This document shows, one piece after another, positions 44,201 through 52,688 of a stretch of DNA of 52,688 nt. The notes below the pieces were generated by a model. It had not been told where the DNA came from. It did no database searches and saw only the letters and a program-made list of their open reading frames with translations. The position numbers were made by a program, and so were the translations under genes. Location of the stretch: the NCBI GenBank assembly GCA_051942205.1, contig JAVECO010000165.1:1-52688 (forward strand), given 5' to 3'. The number at the start of each line of letters is the position of its first letter. Position 1 is the first letter of the stretch. Source of the stretch: Coniocarpon cinnabarinum. Its lineage: Eukaryota.

Positions 44201-47200
44201 CGCCATGAGGCTTGGAATCAGATCAGGCAGAGCGTCTTCACCCAGTTTCTCCACGAGTGTACCCAAGGCTTTGGAAGCGGTCGCACGTGTTGTTTGCACA
44301 GGATCCACAGCCGCCACGCGGAGTCCGGATACCAGGATAGGTAAGTGCGTGACTATGTCTTTCCTGTCTGTCAAATGTGCAAGACTGCCAATGATCTGAG
44401 CTGACTTGCGCTTTGTCTGTGATCTGTCAGATAGACCACGCTCAAGGATACGGACCACCAGAGCAAGGGATGGTGCATCTAGGTAGTGAGAAAATGACAC
44501 CTTGAGAAGCGCGTCAAGAGCCTCATCCGTGTATTTCGTTGCATCGCTCAAGGCTCTGAGTAGTATGGGCACTAGGCTTTTGATCTCGGGGTTGCTGATT
44601 ACATCTCCAAATCGTTGTAGACTACGGTTTGCGGAAGATCGAACTTCTTTGTGGCTATCATTGAGCACTGTGGTAAGAGGCGGGATGATTTCAGGCAGAC
44701 TGACAGCGAGCTGCTCTGGGTCCAGGTAAGCCATCGCTCCCAGAGACTCACAAGCTCCCTTCTTGCTTCGCCATTGCACTTCATCAAGACCCTCAAGAAG
44801 CGTTGGCAGGATCTTCTTGACACCGTAAGAACTCAATGTTGAGAAGCACATCTTCGAAGCGTCTAGACATGCATCACGAACATCTGCGCTCGGGTCTCCA
44901 AAGCCAGTGAGCAGCTGGGGGACAATTTGAATGACATATGGTTCGAACACTTGTCCCAGAGTTGAAGACAAAAGCTCGTACGCGAGGAAAGCCCCTTGTC
45001 TTTGGTTGGAGTCTTTCTTTTCCTCTGAAGCCGCTTTCAAGGTGGACATTATTCGTGCTTCTCGCAAAGAGCTGATACCCTTCCCGGACACCACACCAGC
45101 AAGACCATACGCAGCTCCTCTTCGAGTTGCGTACTTTTTCGAATGCTGTAGATCTTCGAGGATGCGAGTCAGATACTCTGATACTTTGTCAAGTGAAGCT
45201 CGAACGAGGGCAGGGAGACACTTCGCTACGGCGTCTTGAACCGTTTCTGACGGCGTTGCCAAGGTAGCAAGGAGTCGGCTGACGATGTTAGGGACTCTTG
45301 CATCCCCGGCTTTCAAATGACCTGCAACAGCCCCATACAATATGATGACGGCCTCATTGATCTTATCTTGTTCTGCCGAACTGCTAGCGGGCGAGTCTAG
45401 AGTTGTCTCCAGCACTGAAAGCAGCTCCTCAACCTTGGAAGAACCCTGCGCCGTGACGACATGTGAGGCTGCCTTCACCATTTCATCGCGAACCGTATCA
45501 TGTTTGTCAGCGAAAGGGCCACGCTCAATCAAGAATTGAATGAAATTTTCCAGTTCATGGTCTTCGAATTGGGCAGCGAGATGTCGGAAGGCAAGTGCAA
45601 TACCGTGTCGAGCTTCCCAAGGGTCGCGCAAGTCGGTCTTTCGAGAGAGACCGTAAGCGTCCTTCTCAGGAACTCGAGGTCTTGCCTTTTCAACGTATCG
45701 ATCTTCCAGATCGTGTATGACTGGCCCAAAGACAAACCTGTCATTCTCAACGCACGCTGCCAGTGCTTTGGCAGCCGCGCTTCGCAGATGGCGGTCATCG
45801 GAGTCGAGGTACGGAATCATATGCTTGGCCGATTCGCCGGATATCAGTTGACTGTTCTCTTCCCAAATGATTCGCGCAATCTCGGCATTTTCCTCCATGT
45901 CGTCGTGACAGGCAAGCCAGACTTCTATACTACAACTGTCTTCTTGAAGATCGAGATCACTGTCAATGATTTGCAATAGAGCTTGACGAACTGTTGATTG
46001 TGGAGCGATGCAGCCTTGTAGATAAACGTCGACTTCTTCAGCCGCTGCTTCAGGCGCGAGCGCATGGCAGATGCCGGACAGGCAGTCTCGGATCAACCGA
46101 TAATGTTGTGGATACCGCTGCAAAGCAGTGATTAGAACAGAAGACATAAGACGCCTGGGCAGGCGAACGTCCGCGAAGAGATCCAAATGGAACGACAAGA
46201 AGTCGAGAGTCAACATGACCTGTTCGTCAACCTCGTCAGGCTCATTTCTTCCAACACCACCTGACGACAAAACGACCTCAACCAGAGGAAGGACATAGAG
46301 CAAAGAAACCATGTCAAGCGGCCGTTGCTCTGCGCTAAAGCGGAGCCTGTAGAGGACTCGAGTGACGAGTTCGCCAAGTGGCTCCTGCAAAAGCTCCTCT
46401 GGCAGCTGAGATACACCTCTGGCACGTAGTGTTGCAACCCCTATAGAGGACCTAAGCGCTCCCAGTCGTGAGGCAACGAGAGTGGATAGGGAAAGATACG
46501 AGTTGGCGACAAGGTCCCCACCAAGTAACATCGCTCCATTGTCTATCGCGCCTAACAAGCTTGCAATCGCCGGCGCTGACCAGGCTTCTATATCAGTAGG
46601 AGGCCCATGAGCAAGGCATCGGATGATACCAGCGCCTCGGAAGAGCTTCACAGCGGTTCTCCTGACCTCAGAGCGTATGCTAGACTCTTTGCGCAATTGC
46701 GCTTTGACTTTTGCTTCGTCGTCGGCTGACAGTTTTTTTTTCTGGCCTTGCTTACCGGCAATCTGAGCACGAAGATCTTCCTCCCACTTGAGAAGGTCGT
46801 AATCTTTCACGTTCTTATTTGGCACATAGCGTTCGTTCGTTTTAGCGAGCACATCAACGAAAGCCACTCCTTCGGGCGTTCGGTAGATGGCTGCCTCTTC
46901 GGGTCCAAGACTTTGAAATAAGGAGGCATCCAAGTCAGATTTGATCAATTCGATAAGTTCAGGGGTGAATTTATCCCTAGAGACAAAAGCGAGTTCAGAG
47001 GCCGCCTGGCATGATGCTTCATGTACATCCTTTGACCAGTGGTCGTTGCGCTCCTGTACATCGTCAGCCGCTGTAAATGACGATACTTCCGCAGAATACC
47101 CACGCTGCAGTGCTCCTTTATCCGCTCGATACAAGCCTTCAGATTCTCAGACACCAGCGTCTGAGGATCGACCGCTGCTTTGAGGCAAAGGTCGATCCAT

Positions 47201-49337
47201 TGCACACGAGTGATCAAAGGTCGACGACAGAGCACAAGGAGGTGAACCAATTGTGGAGAAAGCTTAGAGGGGCCGACTGCACTTTCGAAATTGCGAGCGC
47301 TGCAAATGGCACGTAAAAGCAGCCACAATTGGCTTGTTCCGGATTGTGCACTGACGGCTGCAGTATCACGCTCACCAGCATAGACCTGAGGAATCCATCT
47401 CCACAGCCCGTTGACAATGGCTGCAGGGACGATCGAAGGCCTGTGTGCCGAGCACTGGCTTAAGCTTTTGTATGCCTGCTGTCGAGATGTAGGAGGCACA
47501 GAAGAAGCAACTATCAGGTAAGTAAACGCGTGAGCCCAAGCCAGTCTTGCGGCTTCAGACACGCCCTCTAAGAACTGTGAAGAGATCTCTAAAGCACGCA
47601 TCACCCACAGAACGTCAACCTCTGTTGACAGCTTTGAGTAGACTCGTGGGTTCAATATGGTTGACGACTTGCTATCGGCATTCTGTAGTTGATCCAGCAT
47701 TTCAGGCTTGCGCAAAGCCTTGACTGCTTTGTCTGTCTGCGTGAAAAGTCGCTGCTGCAATGCGAAGCAATATGTCACGTATGCCACAACGGCTAGCCCA
47801 TTCAATGCAGATGGAACAGGATTTGCAAGCGTCTCTTCGAATGATGGTAACAAGGCTTCAAAGACGGATGATGCAAAATCGAATATGGCAGCATTCTGCC
47901 CTTCATTGAAAAGCTCCCAGAGAACTTCGCCAGCTGCGAGAGCCCATATCCGACGTATTGATGGCTTCTTGTGGCGAGCACCATCGGTAAACGCCTTTAT
48001 TACGGTTGCGTCGACAGCTTCGTCTTTCCTCAGCTTCTCTTCAACGTGGCGGCCAAGGGCAAAAGCTTCTTCATACAAGGCAGCTTCATTTCCTTCTTTG
48101 GCCACGACTGGCGTCAATCCTAGCGTTACTTTGGGGACAGACGCAGATGTTGGCAGACTGGAAGCCAGCAACGAGGCTATGATAATTCGTTGATCAGTAC
48201 CTTTAGCGTCTTTCAAATTCCGCAAAAGCTCGTCCGCGACAGCAGCGTTCGCGTCGTCATCTCGACATCGCCGAACGATTGCCTTGTACGCTGACAAGGC
48301 GCCCTCGCGCACATTGACATTAGTCGACTTGGTAGCCGATATCAAAGGCTTCAGCAGGTTCTTTTCCAAAGCTTTCGATATGTCTATGCCAGATGGCAAA
48401 GACCGTGTGAGCGGAGTAATGAGATCATTCAATACGATCTCAGGAGATCTCAGTAACGATTTTTCCAGTGCAGGCACGATGTCTTGACCGAATGACTCCT
48501 GGTCCTCGAAGTTGATGAAGAAGTCATGCAAGCCATTGGCGATGTGCACTGGCAATGGTATCTTCGAACCAAGAATTTCACGCACGTAGAATGCATGGAC
48601 GTCAGGTACCCGGGTTTTGACCTCCTGTTGGACATCAGACAATCGGGATGCTACACCGCACACGACCCCCAGGAGCGGCGCTTGCTCTGCAGTTGCAGAA
48701 CTTGTTTTGGCGGTCAGATAATCGATCGTATCCTTCAGAGCCGATGCTTGAACTGCGCTATTTTTGAGTAGACTTCTAATGGCTCGCCTTGTCGTTACAA
48801 AAGCCGCATGTACGCGGTTCTCGCGCGGTTTACAAGCCAAATACTTCTCGAAGCATTCACTCAACGTTTTGATGAGGTCTTTGCCATAATCTCGCCATTC
48901 CTGCGGGCGTGAAGAGGTGTTTTTTAGACTGAGTGCGCACCATTCGAGGAGCACATACCGAGATGCAGGAGCTATGTTTTTCTTCAAGGATTCACGTCTC
49001 AAGAATGCGCAGAGAACTTTAAGAGCACTCGGGCCCGAGGAGCTTGCAAGCACAGCAGAGATGCATTCTTGTGTAGCGCGTCGAGAAGAGCGATCACAAT
49101 AGAGTGCATAGGTTGGGAGTAGAAGCTGGAGTAGGGTTGAGGAAACTTGAGGTTGGACGTCTGGGGTGTGTGTAAGTCGGCGCGTCGCGTTTCGCAGATC
49201 ACGAAGAGATCGTACCTACCGTTTGTTAAGAACTTGTCGTGAAGAATGTGTAATTCGGTGGTTCGACGCTTGGTTGAGCTGGTAGCTAAATTGGCGTATA
49301 CACTGTCCGCATCCAGGACATCTACCTGGTCAGCCAT
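41225..49337 (-). CDS. GCN1: Translational activator GCN1 (HEAT repeats)
   Basis: Very long HEAT-repeat protein with RRGAAYGLAG, WRSKKGAC, DRLGSAQALSEV, ITGPLIRV, FLPQLQRTF. ORFs 48999-49358, 46945-49053 and 41225-47134 are joined by short introns. Confidence 0.96.
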
Positions 49338-49548
49338 GATGAAGCCAGACGTTGGCAATTCAGTGCTGAATCAGCAGCACAAATGATTCTAAGCTTTGTG
49401 TCCTCTTTGGATCCACCAATACCATTTTGAAAAAGCAGCAGACAACATGCATTTTGCAAGTGTTAGTCATACGAGTTGTCAGATGAATATTCAAATTTCT
49501 GCTACCCTCCCCATCTGAATGACTCGCGCATGGTCCCTTCGATCTGAG

Positions 49549-49554
49549 ACGCGT
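49549..49554. promoter_or_regulatory. MCB-like element ACGCGT in the GCN1/SLD5 divergent intergenic region
   Basis: ACGCGT ~76 bp upstream of the SLD5 ATG; MCB sites are typical of DNA replication genes. Confidence 0.35.
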
Positions 49555-49629
49555 TTTCAACTGCAGGCGTTGGGTACAACATTCTCCTCCACAAGCCCGA
49601 CCGATGGACTCGATTGCGAACTCAAGAAA

Positions 49630-50660
49630 ATGGCAGACATATCAGACATTATCGCGTCTGTCACGCGAGGTCAATTGGGAAGTTCAGCCCAGGATGAAGA
49701 GCAGCAACGACAGCACGATCTCCAGCTCCTCACGCGTGCCTGGGTTGCGGAACGGACAGCACCAGAGCTGCTGCCGTATCCCACAAAGCTGATGGAAAGA
49801 ATCATGGGGCGGATACGAGCACAGGTATGCTCCCGCGTGCAACGGCATTACGAGCAAAAAAGGATCCAAGTGGGATCGGTCTGACTGTTCGCCCCGGGCA
49901 TAGGAAGATTGAGCACATTGAAGATGCCACGGCTCGGATGGACGCTGGATCTAGCTTTGGCCTCATAATCATACAAACGGAGCTGGAACGGTTCAAGTTT
50001 CTTGTCAGATCACTTCTAAGGTCACGAATCTCGAAAGTGAGCGCGAAGTCGCCAGGGTGCGCAGGTGGTTTGGACTGACGACAGATGCAGATAGACGCAC
50101 ACACACTTCACATACTTTCACAGCATGATCCAAGCTACATAACGGACTCGCAAACACAGCGTGAGGAACCACAAGATCGAGAGAAGCCGCTTCTCTCAGA
50201 ATCGGAAGCCCGCTATGCAGCCACACACACAGCACTTCTTGAGCGCCACTACAGCTCGCTGTTCCTGTCATCATTTCCTCCCAAGCTGCGACGCATGGAT
50301 GATAGAGCGGGTGCGGGCGGCGTGGGAATGGTTGAGGGTCCCGATCTGAATGCGGCGGTGTTCGTGAGGTGCCTGGGCCGCTGGCGGGGGAAAAGTGGGA
50401 CGAGACGGCCCCAGAGAAGCTACGAACTCAATGATGAAGACGAAGACATGAATGGAATGGACGGGAACAACCGCTACGAGCCGGTCGAAGTCTCCTGTGG
50501 TCACACTGGCCGTGCAGAGGAACAGGAGGACAGCTTAAGCGGTGGTCCGCGAACATACACGGAAGAGCGGAGGGAGACGATGCACCGAGGAGATATTTGG
50601 ATTGTGAGATGGAGTAGCGTTCGCGAGGCCGTCTCGCGGGGTGAATGTGAACTCATCTGA
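49630..50660 (+). CDS. SLD5: GINS complex subunit Sld5
   Basis: LTRAWVAERTAPELLPYP, IIQTELERFKFLVRSLLRSRISK|ID, PDLNAAVFVR, GDIWIVRWSSVREAV..GECELI. Introns ~49825-49903 and ~50037-50090. Confidence 0.93.
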
Positions 50661-51651
50661 GCCGAAACGGAGAGGACTCGACTGCGGGGCACGAGGAACA
50701 CGACTGAAGCCCTTGCGCGGGATTGTGGGAGCAGCCAAACACCGTGAAACGGACCCTTAAACTCAGACAGCCCGCCTTTTGCCTCTATTGATCCTTTCAA
50801 ACCCGCAAGCAAGGGTCGTGTGACAGTCATGCTGCATCCGGCGGGCCCGCATGTCCTCAAGGGTTTGGCTGCGGAGTGTCCGGTGGCTGGATATGGTTAT
50901 AAAATATGATGGCCTGAAGACATTTCACAGCGCAGGGGCAAAGGTCCTTGAAGCGTATGTACGTGTAAAGAGTAAAATGTGACTGTCGAGATATCTTTAG
51001 CATCACCATCACGCCGTCGTATACTCCGTAACAAATTCGAGTAATGAACGTGCCGCAGAGCGTAAGGCCGCCTTGGCTTCAGCACGTGACAAGGAGTGTC
51101 GACCGCGTCTCATTGGATGGGGGCGAAGGGGTCCGTCAAGGGTAAACAACGCGTCGTCCTCGCTTGCTCGGCGGCACAAGCGCTCACGGCGCCCCACACC
51201 ACGGCCTCTGAATGCCGTTTCTGGCGGGCAAGAATGGATCTGTGACGCGCGCGGACAGGCCTACGGCACTGACGCGGGGTTTGAGAAGGATGGACGCCTG
51301 CTTTTCCAGCGTGGGGGTGAGACTTTTGCAGGACGGCAGTGCAAATCAGATGGCGCAGAGCAGAACCGACGCGTGTGACGGAGGAAGCGAGACGCCGTGA
51401 GGGGCATGACGGCCTCGCCAACAAGAGCAGGTCGTTTCAGCAAGCTTCGACAGCCTTACCGCTCAGGGCCTTGCTGCAGCGGGTCCACCCAATCGTAGGT
51501 AGCACAGCTCCACAAGGGACTGCACGCGGACCCTCACCGGGAGCGCCCTGGATTGGGTTGAGACACGGGCGCTGCGAGCTGCGCTTACGGCCATTAGGTC
51601 TGGCTCCGGCGTTTTGGGGGGAAGGGCGAGAAGGGAGAACGGCGCCCAGAG

Positions 51652-51680
51652 GTGACGTGACGTGACGTGACGTGACGTGA
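51652..51680. repeat. (GTGAC)n microsatellite, ~6 units
   Basis: GTGACGTGACGTGACGTGACGTGACGTGA. Confidence 0.9.
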
Positions 51681-52688
51681 GCCCTACCGGAAGGGCGCCG
51701 AAAGCCTCACTGATCGAGACAGGCTGCTCGTGTCCGATAGCAAGTTGCAGACGCCTGCGGATGTTGTTGTTCACTGAAGCTCAGCAAGTAGAGTTTCTCG
51801 GGCCTGGAAATCAGGGAGGGGCGCTAAGCAATGCATAAGATGAACTCTGCAGCAGGGCAGCGCTCGCAAAGGACGAGATCGGGCGGAGATCTGGGCAGGG
51901 GAGGGTGGAGCAGTGCAGAAAGAGGCATTGTCATCGACGATTGCTTTCAAGATTGGCAATTCATGCATCCCCATCCGCGCCCACCGCAACCAACGGCTCC
52001 CTAGCCTTCACGCTTGTCCAGACCCTCCTCGGCTGTTGCGTGCGCACTAAGCAAACGCAGGGTCAAAACATCGCTGGAGAAAAGTGGATGCGAGCGAGAG
52101 GTTATAGAGAGGTCAAGAGGCGCGTGGTGATGCAGGTGTGGTGATGATCCGCGCCCGGCACGCACGCGCGCGAGGGGTGTGGAATGACAGGCGCTTAAGT
52201 CGTGCCCTTCAGCACTTGTGCACGCCGGACAGAGGCATTCGTGCAGCTGCTTGGCTGGCAGATTAGACGCCGCTAGAAAGGCGGTGGAATATTGGAAGAT
52301 GAAGTGACGGTTGTTGGAAGAGTGGCCGCTTCAGCCCCTCAGTGAGAAGAAGAGCGGGCGTCTTTCCCGCCGCTTGTGCGCTGTGGGCCGGGAAAGAAGA
52401 GCTAGCCTGCTTCCTGCTTCCTGCACACACCACACCAAAACGCCCCCAGCTCCGTCCTACCGCCTGGCTTCTCTGCACTCTCTCTGCATCTCCAGAGCAA
52501 CGCTGCTCACGCCCACTCCTCCCACCTCCGCCACTCGCTCCTCTTAAGTCCTCCTCTCCTCCCCTCCACCTCGCGCACCGTGGGCTGGCTGCACGGTCTT
52601 CTTTGTGTCTGTATTCTCTAGAGGCTCCATTGGATACGAGCATACATTACGCCCTCCTGCATCCCCTCCTCCCCATATCCACCAGCTC

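Noticed and set aside
1..52688. tRNA/rRNA genes, telomere arrays, autonomous transposases
   Set aside because: None recognised by eye; tRNAscan-SE, Infernal and RepeatMasker would be needed to exclude them.

Overview
Eukaryotic DNA from a filamentous ascomycete (Pezizomycotina), with short GT-AG introns and CTRAC branch points. Left (0.7-3.1 kb): two decayed genes, an alpha/beta-hydrolase fragment and a beta-lactamase-family pseudogene. Next come an MFS sugar/polyol transporter, a ~1,100-aa protein with a HeLo-like N-terminus, and an Old Yellow Enzyme. An accessory-looking island (~15.1-26 kb) holds three divergent two-exon paralogous small genes, one member of a second small-gene family, a 42-bp inverted repeat, a hAT-type MITE with an 8-bp TSD, and a NACHT-ankyrin NLR with a nonsense codon in its last repeat. 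Right half: a Cys-rich hypothetical, DUF1295, sterol O-acyltransferase, UTP18, AYG1-like hydrolase, RPL19, a frameshifted second copy of the small-gene family, GCN1 and SLD5. All homology calls come from motif recognition and manual alignment; no database searches were run.
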